Part shown: one piece after another, positions 9,653-20,627 of the stretch | How positions within the stretch are numbered: position 1 is the first letter of the stretch | Layout: the number at the start of each line of letters is the position of its first letter | Origin: Candidatus Latescibacterota bacterium | Lineage (GTDB): Bacteria > Latescibacterota > UBA2968 | Direction: 5' to 3' | DNA: 64,000 nt | Assembly (NCBI GenBank): GCA_965116885.1 | Contig: OZ220741.1 | Location: 4,576,001 to 4,640,000 of the forward strand | Notes under the pieces: generated by a model | Seen by the model: only the letters and a program-made list of their open reading frames with translations | Database searches by the model: none | Told to the model about the DNA's origin: nothing | Made by a program: the position numbers and the translations under genes

Positions 9653-11348
9653 TTATTTTTTGCCTCAAAACAGCGGTCTCCTCAACATCCACCTCGAGAT
9701 CAGCCGTAATCACCAAACCGTAAGCGTCTCGCGCGGCATCGACCGACAATCGCTCCTGTTTAACATCCTCCAGCACCCTTTTGGGATCGCGTTCAAAAGG
9801 CGAACCATAACCCCCACCCCCCGGAATACGCAACGTCACCGACTGCCCGGGTTGGAGATCATAGCGACCCTTTGGCGGCAAAACAGTGCCATCCGACAAA
9901 AAAAGTTCGCCGCGCCTGCCATCGCGCCCCCCCAAAAAACCGCGCGGTGCATAGCGCGTGCGATCGTACATACACGAATGCAGCGCGGGATGATCGGAGT
10001 CAACAGACAAAACCATCTCCTGCCCCAGCCCCCCTCGAAAAGTACCCGCACCGCCAGAATCGGGAATCAACGCGCGCCTGTGCATAATCACTGGCGACAC
10101 GGACTCAATCGCTTCGGCAGGCACGCCCTTAATCCCACTGGGAAACGCCGTCGCCGAAATCCCATCATCGCCGGGACGCGCACCCATACCCCCTGCGGAA
10201 AAAAAGATATACGCAAAACGCTCACCCGTGCGACCTATCCCCTCCAACTGCGTATTCCAAAGCCCAGCCGACCCATCGGCAATCACGCGATCGGGAATCG
10301 CCTGAGAAAGCGCCCCAAACAGCGGTTGCGAAAGAAAATGCCCAACCAGATGCCGCGCACCCACAGCACATGGAAATTGCGCGTTTAAGATACATCCCTC
10401 GGGTGCCGTAACTGTTATGGGGCGAAAGCTGCCTTCATTATTGGGAATATGCGGACTAATGGCGCATTTCAAGGGATACGTCGTATAGGCATGCGTATAA
10501 TTGTACACCACATTGATCCCGCGATCCACCTGTGGCGACGTGCCTGTATAATCAACGATCAAACTGCGATCTTTGACAATAACTTTTGCGCGAATAACCA
10601 GCGGCCTATCGTACCCATCGAGTTTCACCTCATCCTCATAAACGCCATTTACAATCTCTGAAATCGCCTCTCGAGTTGCCGCTTCTGACCGATCTAAAAT
10701 CAGCGTCGATAACCCTTCCAGATCCGCGAGATCGTAATGTTCCAGCGCCTGAAGCAACTTGACAGCCCCCACATCATTCCCGGCCTGTTGCGCGTACAAA
10801 TCGCCGACGACCTGATCTGGCTCGCGCACATTTGATCGCACAATTGCGATCAAATCGCGATTGATCTCCCCTTCATCAAACAATTTCATAATCGGGATAT
10901 TCAGGCCCTCTTCATACACCTGACGCGCACCGGCACCCAGCGTGCGACCGCCAATATCCATGGCATGGCAGGTATTGGCAAACCACCCCACGCCCCTACC
11001 TCGATAAAAAACCGGCGTGACAACCGTAATATCGTGCAAATGCCCCGACCCCAGCCACGGATCATTGGTGAGCAAACTATCGCCGGGTTTCAACGTGTCA
11101 ATCGGGTACGCTTTCACAAAATGCCGCACGCAATTCGCCATTGTATTGATATGCCCCGGCGTCCCCGTCACTGCCTGCGCCAGCATATTGCCCCCGCGGT
11201 CAAATACCCCTGCAGACAAATCACCGGCCTCGCGCACCACCGTTGTAAAAGAAGCGTGCATCAATGCCGCCGCTTGCTCATTCACAATAGAAATAAGGCG
11301 ATTCCAAAGCACTTCTAACTCAACTGCATCAATTGTGCGATCCTTCAT
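9645..11348 (-). CDS. Hydantoinase B/oxoprolinase family protein
   Basis: NDPWLGSGHLHD, DIGG, DSGGAGTFRGGLG, PGGGGYG motifs. Confidence 0.93.
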   Translation of the reverse strand: MKDRTIDAVELEVLWNRLISIVNEQAAALMHASFTTVVREAGDLSAGVFDRGGNMLAQAVTGTPGHINTMANCVRHFVKAYPIDTLKPGDSLLTNDPWLGSGHLHDITVVTPVFYRGRGVGWFANTCHAMDIGGRTLGAGARQVYEEGLNIPIMKLFDEGEINRDLIAIVRSNVREPDQVVGDLYAQQAGNDVGAVKLLQALEHYDLADLEGLSTLILDRSEAATREAISEIVNGVYEDEVKLDGYDRPLVIRAKVIVKDRSLIVDYTGTSPQVDRGINVVYNYTHAYTTYPLKCAISPHIPNNEGSFRPITVTAPEGCILNAQFPCAVGARHLVGHFLSQPLFGALSQAIPDRVIADGSAGLWNTQLEGIGRTGERFAYIFFSAGGMGARPGDDGISATAFPSGIKGVPAEAIESVSPVIMHRRALIPDSGGAGTFRGGLGQEMVLSVDSDHPALHSCMYDRTRYAPRGFLGGRDGRRGELFLSDGTVLPPKGRYDLQPGQSVTLRIPGGGGYGSPFERDPKRVLEDVKQERLSVDAARDAYGLVITADLEVDVEETAVLRQKIND

Positions 11349-13423
11349 ACATCCTCCCTGATGAGAATCAGATTGCCCGTATCATCCACCTGCAAAACCC
11401 ATCCGGGCGGCAATACCGTAGTGGATTCAACTTCCTCGACAATAGCAGGACCTTTCAAAACAGCTCCTCTTCCGAGTTTGTCTCGCCTATAAACCGCAGT
11501 CCCGTATTTTCCTTCCGAAAAAAGAACATCGCGCTGTCCCTCAGCCCCCTGACTGCCTACGTCCCCAACAGACGCACTATCGCAAATTTCCGGCACTGGC
11601 CCCGAAACCGTCACGCGCCAGTGGATCGCCTCAACGGGAACGTCCTCACACAGACGCCCGTATAATTTTTTATAAGACGCATCAAAAGCCGCTTGAAGCG
11701 CGCCATCGAAACTTTCAGTGAATTCTCCCAAAGGCACGGGAACGCTTATCTCGTGCCCCTGCCCCACATATCGCATGTCAGCCGTGCGTACCACGCGGAT
11801 CTCAGAATCATCAATCCCCGCCTCTCGCACGAGTGCACGGCCTTCATCTTCCATCTCCCCATAGAGCTTATTGACAACCTCGCGATCCAACGCGGCGATC
11901 CGCGACACAAAACTCCGCACATAATCAAAAGCAATGGGCGCGAGCATCAAACCAAAAGCCGATCCAACCCCTGCAGCCGGCGGAACAATCACCCGATCAA
12001 TCCCCAACTGCATCGCAACCCCGCATGCGTGTACGGGACCAGCCCCACCCGTCGCAACCAGCGCGTATCCATTCAAATCAATCCCGCGCTCGGCAGCGTG
12101 AACCCGCGCGGCATTGGCCATATTTTCATTCACCAAATCGTGAATACCCTGTGCGGCGCGCATGCGATCCAGCCCGATAAATCGCGCAAATTCATCAACT
12201 GCATCCGCAGCGCGTTCCACACTTAGCTCCATTTGTCCGCCCAAAAAATACCCGGCATTTAAATAGCCCAACAAAAGATCTGCATCCGTCACCGTGGGTA
12301 GCCGTCCCCCGCGCGCATAACAAGCAGGACCGGGATCTGCGCCCGCACTTTGCGGCCCAACCGTGGGCAAACCCAATTCACTCGCATGCGCAATACTACC
12401 CCCACCAGCTCCTATTTCGATCATATCGAGCACGGGCACGAGCAGGGGCAACCCACTGCCGCGCTTGAATCGATAAACCCGTGCGACCTCTGATTCAGTC
12501 GTAATGGGAAACGCCCCATCTTCGCTCAAAATGGCCTTTGCCGTCGTACCCCCCATATCAAACGCGAGAATCTGCCCATACCCCGACCGATTGCCATAAT
12601 GCGCCGCGGCAAGCGCGCCACCGCATGGACCGGATTCTACGAGACGCACGGGAAACCGCACCGCGGTCTGCACAGAACACGATCCGCCGTTTGACAGCAT
12701 AATATGCAGCGGTGCCAAAATCCCCAGTGTCTTCAACCCATCTTCTAAACGCGCGAGATATCTTGCCACCATAGGCTGCACATAAGCATTTGCCACAGTC
12801 GTGGAAGTGCGCTCAAATTCTCGAAGTTCGGCAGCAACCCTGTGAGAAACCGAAATAGCGACATCGGGCATAAGAGAACGCACAATTTCCTCTGCACGAC
12901 GCTCGTGATCGGGATTGACATAAGCGTGCAAAAATACAATGGCGACCGCACCCACCCCGGCTTCTCGCAGCACCTCGCAGGCTTTGGCCACATCACCTTC
13001 ATTTAATGGCGTCATCACCTCGCCACGCGCATACAGCCGCTCCCGCACCTCAACGCGCAACCGCCTTTCAACGAGCGGTTCGGGCAATTTCAAAAACAAA
13101 TCGTAGATATCGTAACGCCCCTCCCGTCCAATTTCCAGCGCGTCTCGAAAACCCGCTGTCGCAATCAGCCCGGTCTTAGCCCCCCGGCGCTCAATCAGCG
13201 CGTTTGTCACCAGCGTCGTGCCGTGAACCGCCCGGGAAACCGCGCCGGGCGACACCCCATCGAGCACCTCTTTCACACCTTTCAGTACACTGACCGAAGG
13301 GTCTGGAGACTGCGTCAACACCTTCGCCACAGACAAAACACCCGAAGCGTGTTCTCTCAACACAACATCTGTAAACGTGCCCCCAATATCTATTGCAAGC
13401 GTGTATGCCTCCTCACTCACCAC
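11345..13423 (-). CDS. Hydantoinase A/oxoprolinase family protein
   Basis: IDIGGTFTD, HGTTLVTNA, ESGP, DMGGTT, GAGGGS, SAGADPGP motifs; 4-bp overlap with the B subunit. Confidence 0.94.
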   Translation of the reverse strand: MVSEEAYTLAIDIGGTFTDVVLREHASGVLSVAKVLTQSPDPSVSVLKGVKEVLDGVSPGAVSRAVHGTTLVTNALIERRGAKTGLIATAGFRDALEIGREGRYDIYDLFLKLPEPLVERRLRVEVRERLYARGEVMTPLNEGDVAKACEVLREAGVGAVAIVFLHAYVNPDHERRAEEIVRSLMPDVAISVSHRVAAELREFERTSTTVANAYVQPMVARYLARLEDGLKTLGILAPLHIMLSNGGSCSVQTAVRFPVRLVESGPCGGALAAAHYGNRSGYGQILAFDMGGTTAKAILSEDGAFPITTESEVARVYRFKRGSGLPLLVPVLDMIEIGAGGGSIAHASELGLPTVGPQSAGADPGPACYARGGRLPTVTDADLLLGYLNAGYFLGGQMELSVERAADAVDEFARFIGLDRMRAAQGIHDLVNENMANAARVHAAERGIDLNGYALVATGGAGPVHACGVAMQLGIDRVIVPPAAGVGSAFGLMLAPIAFDYVRSFVSRIAALDREVVNKLYGEMEDEGRALVREAGIDDSEIRVVRTADMRYVGQGHEISVPVPLGEFTESFDGALQAAFDASYKKLYGRLCEDVPVEAIHWRVTVSGPVPEICDSASVGDVGSQGAEGQRDVLFSEGKYGTAVYRRDKLGRGAVLKGPAIVEEVESTTVLPPGWVLQVDDTGNLILIREDV

Positions 13424-13462
13424 TATACTCCTTTGCTTTTATTTTAATTCCTAAAATTGACC

Positions 13463-13491
13463 TTGACAAGCCATGATCCTTTTTGTAATTT
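13463..13491 (+). promoter_or_regulatory. Sigma70-type promoter of tRNA-Gly
   Basis: TTGACA-17 bp-TAATTT immediately upstream of the tRNA. Confidence 0.6.
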
Positions 13492-13508
13492 TTGAGTCCT
13501 CATAATGA

Positions 13509-13585
13509 GCGGGAATAGCTCAGCTGGCTAGAGCATCTGCTTGCCATGCAGAAGGTCGCGGGTTCGAATCCCGTTTCCCGCTCCA
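13509..13585 (+). tRNA. tRNA-Gly(GCC)
   Basis: GCGGGAA acceptor stem, anticodon arm TCTGC-TTGCCAT-GCAGA, GGTTCGAATCC T-arm, encoded CCA. Confidence 0.97.
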
Positions 13586-13592
13586 TTAATCC

Positions 13593-13619
13593 AACCCGTT
13601 AAATTAACGGGTTTTTTTT
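13593..13619 (+). terminator. Intrinsic terminator after tRNA-Gly
   Basis: AACCCGTTAA-loop-TTAACGGGTT followed by a T run. Confidence 0.85.
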
Positions 13620-13633
13620 GTGGAGCAAACCGC

Positions 13634-14773
13634 TTGTCATCAGCTCTTATCCGAGAAATAGCCGACCTTCGCCTGCCCGCGCTTGCCCTTTGGGCACCTG
13701 GTCCACACATGCTCACCCCTGCAGTTCGCCACGTCTTGCAAACATATCAGGCAACCTATTCCCACCGATCTGCCGAATTTAAAGCCTGCTATCAAAAAAC
13801 CGTGGATTTGCTGCGCGAGGTCTTTCAAATTCCACGTGGTTTTACCCCACTCATTTTCGGTCACACCGGCAGTTACAACTGGGAAATGGTCGTCACCAAT
13901 ACGCCCTGCAATGGTGCAACATTGGGCATGGACATCGGTGCTTTTTCCAAAAAATGGGCACAGGTCTTCACAAGTCACGGACGCAACATCGACATCTTAA
14001 AAGCCGACTGGGGCGACGGCATCTGCGCTCGAACCTGGTCTAATGCCATTGCCAAAAACTACGACCTCGCCCTCTTGACCCACAACGAAACATCTACCGG
14101 TGTTATGCTGCCCGTACAAGAAATGTGTGACACCGTCCGCAACACATCTCCCAAAACCCTGATTGCTATCGACGCAGTCAGCATAGCAGGGGCATCAGAT
14201 ACACCGATTGAAACCCTGCGCCCAGACTACTATCTCTGGAGCTTGCAAAAAGACTTCGCGTGCCCCACCATCGGCTCTGTTATGATTGTATCAGACCGCG
14301 CGTTTGACATCGCAGCCGCTGTGCCAAATCGCGGTTATGTCCTCGACTTGATCGAATGGCGAACGCGCGCAGAAACAGCCCAAACCCCCATGACCGTAGC
14401 CGACCTGACCTTGCAATGCCTGAATGCGCGTCTCGAAGAAATGAAACGAGAAGGCGACCACCGCTTCAAACGCCACCAGAGCCTCGCCCACATGCAACGC
14501 GAATGGGCGAGAGAACACAGTCTGAGCCTCATAGCCAAACCGGGATACGAGAGCCTGACCGTAAATGCCATCCTCTTGCCAGACCACATTTCGGGTTCTG
14601 ATTTCGTCGATCGCGCAAAAAAATTGCTCAATGTTCAACTCGCCCCGGGCTATGGCGATACCAGAGACAAAGCCTTTCGCATTGCAGCTATGGGCCACAC
14701 ATCAGAATGCGATATGCGACGCGTTCTCAAGGGCCTCTCGCTCATCCTCAACAACTGGTCAAAACTCGAGTAA
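13634..14773 (+). CDS. Class V PLP-dependent aminotransferase (alanine-glyoxylate/serine-pyruvate type)
   Basis: APGP, THNETSTG, DAVS, SLQK (PLP lysine), FRIAAMG. Probable TTG start 13634 behind GGAG; the ORF-track start at 13541 lies inside the tRNA. Confidence 0.88.
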   Translation: MSSALIREIADLRLPALALWAPGPHMLTPAVRHVLQTYQATYSHRSAEFKACYQKTVDLLREVFQIPRGFTPLIFGHTGSYNWEMVVTNTPCNGATLGMDIGAFSKKWAQVFTSHGRNIDILKADWGDGICARTWSNAIAKNYDLALLTHNETSTGVMLPVQEMCDTVRNTSPKTLIAIDAVSIAGASDTPIETLRPDYYLWSLQKDFACPTIGSVMIVSDRAFDIAAAVPNRGYVLDLIEWRTRAETAQTPMTVADLTLQCLNARLEEMKREGDHRFKRHQSLAHMQREWAREHSLSLIAKPGYESLTVNAILLPDHISGSDFVDRAKKLLNVQLAPGYGDTRDKAFRIAAMGHTSECDMRRVLKGLSLILNNWSKLE

Positions 14774-14777
14774 CCCC

Positions 14778-15602
14778 ATGTCAAACCCCACCTCAATGAT
14801 CTGCCCAGGCTGTGGCACCCTCATCAATACCGATGAGAAACGATGCCCCCATTGCGGCGCTTATAATCCCAATCTCTGGGGTCTCGGTCCCGCACTGAAC
14901 CGACTTTTTGGTGGTCGCATCGATGTCCTCACCCTGATACCCACCGCGTGTATTGCCCTTTACGCAGTCAGTTTATTGCTCGACCTCGGCGCCGCGCTGT
15001 CTATGGGCGGTGGGCTTTTTGGCATGCTAAGCCCCGGCAATATCCCGCTGATCGTTCTCGGAATGACCCACGGCGAAGCCCCCTGGTGGACCGTGCTCAC
15101 CGCGACATATCTTCACGGTAGCCTCCTCCACATCCTGTTCAACGTCCTGTGGATTCGGCAACTCGGTCCCGAGGTCGGGCATTTCTTTGGCCCCGCACGT
15201 TATTTTATTATCTACACAGTCGCAGGGGCTATCGGTTTTATCCTCTCCAATCTGATCTCAGGATACCCAACCGTAGGCGCTTCAGGGGCTATTTTTGGAC
15301 TTTTTGCCGCCATCATTGTATATGGCCGCAACCACAAAACGCAGATGATGTCACTCATGACGCGGCAGATGTGGCAATGGGCCATCCTGCTATTTGTCAT
15401 GGGCTTTCTCATGAGCGGTGTCAACAACTGGGCGCATCTGGGCGGTTTTATCGGCGGCTGGCTCGCAGCACAAATCCTCGTTTCAAGTGCAGAATACCGC
15501 GAAGGGCGCATCACCATTCTCATAGCCCTGATCTGTCTCCTCCTCACCGTCCTCGGCTTTGTCCTCTCAATCTTAGAATACTTTCCGCTCCTCCTGTCCT
15601 GA
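14778..15602 (+). CDS. Rhomboid intramembrane serine protease with N-terminal zinc ribbon
   Basis: CPGC...CPHC ribbon; HGSLLHILFN, GASGA, AHLGG motifs. Confidence 0.92.
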   Translation: MSNPTSMICPGCGTLINTDEKRCPHCGAYNPNLWGLGPALNRLFGGRIDVLTLIPTACIALYAVSLLLDLGAALSMGGGLFGMLSPGNIPLIVLGMTHGEAPWWTVLTATYLHGSLLHILFNVLWIRQLGPEVGHFFGPARYFIIYTVAGAIGFILSNLISGYPTVGASGAIFGLFAAIIVYGRNHKTQMMSLMTRQMWQWAILLFVMGFLMSGVNNWAHLGGFIGGWLAAQILVSSAEYREGRITILIALICLLLTVLGFVLSILEYFPLLLS

Positions 15603-15609
15603 TGCAGGT

Positions 15610-17217
15610 CTATCCCCCCAATCGTACATCCACAGGCTCAGGCAACCAGGAAGCGGTAATGCCCAGATCACTGTGAATAACCTGGGCTGCATTATACCCC
15701 GGCAAACCGGTCACATTGCCGCCGGGATGACAGCACGACCCGCAAAGATACAGCCCTTCAAAACATCCCCTATAATGCCCGGCACCGGGGAAAGGACGGT
15801 TATAACCCGTCTGCCCATTTGTAAACGCACCAACGAGCAAATCCCCATCCCGCATATTGGGCAATGCGCGTTCCACATCCAATGGACTGCGAACAAAAGA
15901 ATCGATCACGCAATCCCTCAAATTCGGCGCGTATTCAGACCACATATCCAGCATATCGCGACCAATCGCATCCCGCTGGCGATCCCAGTTTGCAGAATCG
16001 CCATACAGGTGAAACGGCAACTTCTGCCACATAAACGCCGTGTGTTTGCCCAAAGGAGCCTGTGTAGTGTCAAAATGCGTTGGACATGCGCCCCACATCA
16101 CAGTCGGCGGAATCGTCCCCTTTTCGTGGTGTGCAACAATATCCACATATTGATCCGCGTGTTCCAGCCCCAGAATAACCATCAGTGCATTCGCCACTTC
16201 CGGATGTTTTTCCAAAGCGCGATAACGCGGCGGTTCATCCAAATTCAAATGGAGTGCGAACAGCGGAGCCAGCACATTGTACTGAAATCTATCGACCCGG
16301 TTTTTCCAGGCATCGGGCAAAATCTCGTGGTCAATCAAATCGAGAAACGTCTGATGGGGATTCAAGCTGGACACGACCACAGGCGCTTTGATATACTTGC
16401 CATCCGCCGTTTCAACACCTCTAACGCGATTATCCTCCACCACAATGCGCTCGGGATCGGTTTGCAACCATATCTCCCCACCCATCTCAGAAATAGCGGC
16501 AACCAGCGCGCGCGCCAGTCCCGCTGCCCCACCCACGCACATCTGCGCTTTCCCCTTGCTCGCCAGCAACGCCGGTATATGGTGTCCAAACCCCGATGCG
16601 CGCAAATCCACTTCGCGCAGCCCATTAAAAAACAACAACCCGGCTCGAATGACCGGATGTTCAAATTCCCGATGTACAAACTCGTGCGGGGAAAGCGCAC
16701 TGACTTCGAGCAACATCTTCCCCTCTCGGGTCTGCGACAGAATCTCTTGCCTCAGCTCTTGCGGCAAAGGCGGCGCCTGTGCCTCTACAGACAAAATATT
16801 TCTCACAACGGGATCAAACGCATCGCGCCATCGCCGAAGTGTCTGTGCATCCCGCTTGCTAAACCGCGCAAAACTATCTTCCGTGCGTTCAAAATCCGTG
16901 TACCATTTCAGCACCTCGCCATCTCGCAGCACAAGAGCCACATTCAGTTCGGGTTCAATATAGCGCGCGCCATACTGTTTTAGGTGCAAATCGCCAAACC
17001 ACGGCATTTGCGTGATGGCGCGATGAAAAAAAGAATGCGTATTGTGCAAAAAACCCGGATAACGGGGGTCTTCAACAGTCGCCAGCCCGCCTCCGGGTTT
17101 ATCCGATCGCTCCAGGCAAATCACATTGAGTCCTGCGCGACACAAATATGCCTGCAAAATGAGGCCATTGTGCCCAGCGCCCAGCACAATCGCATCAGTC
17201 GTTATATCCTCTCCCAT
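15610..17217 (-). CDS. Phytoene dehydrogenase-like NAD(P)/FAD-dependent oxidoreductase
   Basis: GAGHNGL dinucleotide motif; GLYLCGSCCHPGGNVTGLPGYNAA C-terminal motif. Confidence 0.9.
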   Translation of the reverse strand: MGEDITTDAIVLGAGHNGLILQAYLCRAGLNVICLERSDKPGGGLATVEDPRYPGFLHNTHSFFHRAITQMPWFGDLHLKQYGARYIEPELNVALVLRDGEVLKWYTDFERTEDSFARFSKRDAQTLRRWRDAFDPVVRNILSVEAQAPPLPQELRQEILSQTREGKMLLEVSALSPHEFVHREFEHPVIRAGLLFFNGLREVDLRASGFGHHIPALLASKGKAQMCVGGAAGLARALVAAISEMGGEIWLQTDPERIVVEDNRVRGVETADGKYIKAPVVVSSLNPHQTFLDLIDHEILPDAWKNRVDRFQYNVLAPLFALHLNLDEPPRYRALEKHPEVANALMVILGLEHADQYVDIVAHHEKGTIPPTVMWGACPTHFDTTQAPLGKHTAFMWQKLPFHLYGDSANWDRQRDAIGRDMLDMWSEYAPNLRDCVIDSFVRSPLDVERALPNMRDGDLLVGAFTNGQTGYNRPFPGAGHYRGCFEGLYLCGSCCHPGGNVTGLPGYNAAQVIHSDLGITASWLPEPVDVRLGG

Positions 17218-17220
17218 ATC

Positions 17221-18039
17221 TCACCAATAACGTTCTATATGTATCTGCCCAGGATCTCTCCGCTTGTGCTCCTTAAAACCCTCTGAAACCAGAATTTCTG
17301 TCACATCATCACACATATAGGGATTACCACATACAAACACATGCGTATCTTCCGGCGTTGGATGCCCGCCCCAGACCTCATCGAGCGGACCATCTGTCCA
17401 CAAATTCTGTACATAGCCCGTATATCCGCTCCACGCCACATGCTCATTTGCCGGACGGCTAATCTGGGGGATATAAATAAAATTAGCACATAAATCCTGC
17501 ATCATCTCCAATTCTGACCGATATCCCAAATCCCATGAATGTCGCGCCCCGTGCAACACCACAAAACGCCGCTCTGTGTTTTCCTTCAAATAAGTCCGCA
17601 ACATACTCATATAAGGTGCCAATCCCGTACCCGTCGCCACCATCACGACATTTTTATTTGGCGGAACATCTTGCAGCGTAAACATACCCGTAATTTTTGG
17701 ACCCAACCAGAGGCGATCGCCAATTTCGAGCGCAAAAAGCCTGGGCGTCAACGCCCCCGATCTCACCAGAGTGATATAAAATTCGAGGTACTCTGTTGCC
17801 ACCGAAGAAGATGCAATAGAATACGCCCGCCGGATCAAACCTCTCTGCGGCTTCTCATAATCTTCGACAGGGTCTGAATACTCGGTGCGAGGTGCTTCGG
17901 GAGGCAATCCAATCACGCCAAATTGACCGGCTTCAAAAGCGGGCAATTCCCATCCGTCGGGCACAACGCGAAGAATAATCAAATCGGGGGTCACTTCGAG
18001 GCGCTGTGTCACAACGGCATTGAGTTCATCCTTCGGCAA
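17221..18039 (-). CDS. fpr: Ferredoxin-NADP+ reductase
   Basis: RAYSIAS, GALTPRL, ATGTGLAPY, VCGNP, terminal ERYW. Confidence 0.9.
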   Translation of the reverse strand: MPKDELNAVVTQRLEVTPDLIILRVVPDGWELPAFEAGQFGVIGLPPEAPRTEYSDPVEDYEKPQRGLIRRAYSIASSSVATEYLEFYITLVRSGALTPRLFALEIGDRLWLGPKITGMFTLQDVPPNKNVVMVATGTGLAPYMSMLRTYLKENTERRFVVLHGARHSWDLGYRSELEMMQDLCANFIYIPQISRPANEHVAWSGYTGYVQNLWTDGPLDEVWGGHPTPEDTHVFVCGNPYMCDDVTEILVSEGFKEHKRRDPGQIHIERYW

Positions 18040-18049
18040 ACTACCCTCC

Positions 18050-19096
18050 TTAAGCTAAGGTTATACCAACTGCCTGTCCTGTTTCGCAAATCTGTCGCCA
18101 GGTCTCATCATCTATATCTACGCCACGCGCTTCTTTCTCCTGCCGCATGCGCGCTTCCATCTCGCCCGGCATCAAAATTTCATCGAACCCGGGCGCGAGC
18201 CGGGCACTTTTCAAAAATTGTACAAAGGATTGCATTTCATCGCTAAAATGATCGCGTCCGATAAAAGCCCCAATATCCAGCGCCATAATAAACACCCCAT
18301 TGCCGCCAGAAAGCCCGCCCTCGCGACTGCAACCACCGCCACCGAGTGCACCAGACAAAACATCGACCACCACAGATAGCGCGTATCCCTTATGCGCAGA
18401 AATCCCGCCAAAAGGCAAAATAGCCCCTCTGGGTGGACCGTAAAATTTTGCCGGATCCGTCGTCGGATCACCCTCTGCATCAATAACCCAGCCTTCGGGC
18501 AGCGATTCCCCCAAATTGCGCTTCACCCGGATTTTTCCCTCCGCGACAACACTCGTGGTCAAATCCACAACAATCGGGAAATCGCCCCCCGTGGGAATAC
18601 CCACGGCAATGGGATTGGGCGACATGCGCGCGTCAATGCCGCCAAAAGGATGCTGAAGCAATCCCCCGCCGTGATTATTGCACATCACAATGCCAATCAT
18701 CTCGGCCTCGGCAGCGACCTCCACATATTCACCCAAACGCCCAATATGCCCGCTATTGAAAAGCTCGACCACGGCAACCGACCGCTGTTTTGCCTTCTCC
18801 ATTGCCAGTGCCATAGCCTGGTGGCAAACAGTTTGTCCAAACCCCCAACCACCATCGACAACCGCCGAAGCATCGGCCTCGCGCACAACCGCGATCTCTT
18901 GCCCGGCATGCACGCGCCCCTCCTCGAGTGCCTGAACGTATTGCACCAGGCGAATCACACCGTGGGAATCGTGCCCCATCAAATTGGACAACACCAGCGA
19001 ATGCGCAATCTGGCGCGCTTCTTCCGCGTCCAGACCCGCACCTTCAAACACCTGTGTACAGGCCCCTTTGAGCCTCTCAACATCCAAAACAGGCAT
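18050..19096 (-). CDS. Malate/L-lactate/sulfolactate dehydrogenase (Ldh_2) family protein
   Basis: GHDSHG, HIGRLG, PNPIA, HKGYAL, MPGE motifs. Start MPVLD at 19096. Confidence 0.9.
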   Translation of the reverse strand: MPVLDVERLKGACTQVFEGAGLDAEEARQIAHSLVLSNLMGHDSHGVIRLVQYVQALEEGRVHAGQEIAVVREADASAVVDGGWGFGQTVCHQAMALAMEKAKQRSVAVVELFNSGHIGRLGEYVEVAAEAEMIGIVMCNNHGGGLLQHPFGGIDARMSPNPIAVGIPTGGDFPIVVDLTTSVVAEGKIRVKRNLGESLPEGWVIDAEGDPTTDPAKFYGPPRGAILPFGGISAHKGYALSVVVDVLSGALGGGGCSREGGLSGGNGVFIMALDIGAFIGRDHFSDEMQSFVQFLKSARLAPGFDEILMPGEMEARMRQEKEARGVDIDDETWRQICETGQAVGITLA

Positions 19097-19181
19097 ACGC
19101 TCTCCTCCCCAAATCAGAATCGGGCCATAATCTACCATTAACGGGCATAATGGTCAATAATTGAGTCTAACTTCTCACCCC

Positions 19182-19568
19182 TCAAAGCATCTTCTCTTTG
19201 CGGTGCACCAGTTGCACACAAACGCCCCAGGGATCGCGCAACATCGCCAGCGTATCGCCTGCATCTGTGGGTTCGGGTTCCTGCACAACCGTTGCACCCG
19301 CGGCTTTCAAACGCGCAAAATCAGCCTCAATATCCTCGGTAGCATAAGCAAAATGCAGTGCCAGATGGTGCATCGAAGCATAATCCGGCGTCTCTACCTC
19401 TGGCTGATGATAAAGCTCGTACATCGTCGTCCCTTCCGAATCCGCCACAAACGTCATCTTGATGGGCGGCGGTCCCTGGCGCACAACGCGCATGCCCAGA
19501 TTATCGCAATACCACTTTGCAACCACATCGGGATCATCAACCACAAAAGCAATGTGTTCAACCTTCAT
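19182..19568 (-). CDS. VOC/glyoxalase family protein
   Basis: EHIAFVV, HFAYAT, LRDPWG motifs. Confidence 0.88.
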   Translation of the reverse strand: MKVEHIAFVVDDPDVVAKWYCDNLGMRVVRQGPPPIKMTFVADSEGTTMYELYHQPEVETPDYASMHHLALHFAYATEDIEADFARLKAAGATVVQEPEPTDAGDTLAMLRDPWGVCVQLVHRKEKML

Positions 19569-19592
19569 CTCTTTCTCCTTAATAAGAATGAT

Positions 19593-19618
19593 GGGCAGAT
19601 AACCGGGTCTGCCCTAAC
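19593..19618 (-). repeat. GTAG-class REP-like palindrome
   Basis: Reverse strand GTTAGGGCAGA-CCCGGTTA-TCTGCCC hairpin in an intergenic gap. Confidence 0.5.
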
Positions 19619-20627
19619 CCGTCATACCTTCCAACTGCAATACATCGCTCAAATGACAGCGCACCGCATGCCCTGGCGCGATCTCGCGCAATTCTGGAAC
19701 TTCCTCCTTACACCGATCCTCGGCATAAGGACAGCGCGGATGAAACGCACATCCCGAAGGTGTATCCCCGGGATCCGCCACCTCGCCAGACAGCAAAACG
19801 CGCTTCTTTTTACGTTTCGGATCTGGATTGGGCACCGCCGACAAAAGTGCCTCGGTATAGGGATGCGCTGGACTTTGAAAAAGCTGATCAACCGGGGCCA
19901 ATTCCACAATCTTACCCACATACATCACAGCCACGCGATCGGAAATATGGCGCACCACACTCAAATCGTGCGCGACGAATAAATAGGTCAACCCGAACTT
20001 TTCTTGCAACTCCTGAAGCAAATTGAGCACCTGCGCCTGCACAGAAACATCCAGCGCGGAAACAGGTTCATCCGCCACAATCAACCTGGGATGTAATGCC
20101 AGTGCCCTCGCAATGCCAATGCGCTGCCGCTGCCCCCCGCTAAAAGCGTGTGGATACCGCCGCAAAAAATGGGGATTCAACCCCACCTGAGCGAGCAATT
20201 CCCGCACCCGCGTCTCTCGTTCGTGGCGATCTGCGACCCCATTGACCAGCAACGGTTCACCAATAATATCGAGCACCGTCATACGCGGATTCAAGGAGGC
20301 ATAAGGGTCTTGAAAAATCATCTGCATATCGCGGCGCAGCGACTTGAGCACATCATGAGGTGCCTGTGCAACATCGACCTCCTCGCTATCCTTGCGGAAC
20401 CACACCTCGCCAGCCGTAGGAGCTATCGCCCGCAAAATCGTGCGCCCAACCGTTGTTTTACCCGACCCACTTTCCCCTACCAGCCCCAGGCACTCCCCTT
20501 CAAACAAATCAAAACTCACGCCATCCACGGCTTTGACCTGACCGACAACCGTATTGAAAAAACCGCGCGTAATGGGAAAATGCTTTCTCAGATCGCGCAC
20601 CCGCAACAGGGCATTCTGCTCACGCAT
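19614..20627 (-). CDS. Oligopeptide/dipeptide ABC transporter ATP-binding subunit (OppF/DppF type)
   Basis: [36 protein letters not shown]. Confidence 0.95.
   Translation of the reverse strand: MREQNALLRVRDLRKHFPITRGFFNTVVGQVKAVDGVSFDLFEGECLGLVGESGSGKTTVGRTILRAIAPTAGEVWFRKDSEEVDVAQAPHDVLKSLRRDMQMIFQDPYASLNPRMTVLDIIGEPLLVNGVADRHERETRVRELLAQVGLNPHFLRRYPHAFSGGQRQRIGIARALALHPRLIVADEPVSALDVSVQAQVLNLLQELQEKFGLTYLFVAHDLSVVRHISDRVAVMYVGKIVELAPVDQLFQSPAHPYTEALLSAVPNPDPKRKKKRVLLSGEVADPGDTPSGCAFHPRCPYAEDRCKEEVPELREIAPGHAVRCHLSDVLQLEGMTG

Noticed and set aside
13509..13620. tRNA-Gly as an island integration site
   Set aside because: Followed directly by a terminator and ordinary metabolic genes; no integrase or duplicated 3' end seen.
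13541..13633. N-terminal extension of the aminotransferase in the ORF track
   Set aside because: It overlaps tRNA-Gly and its terminator; family similarity begins downstream.
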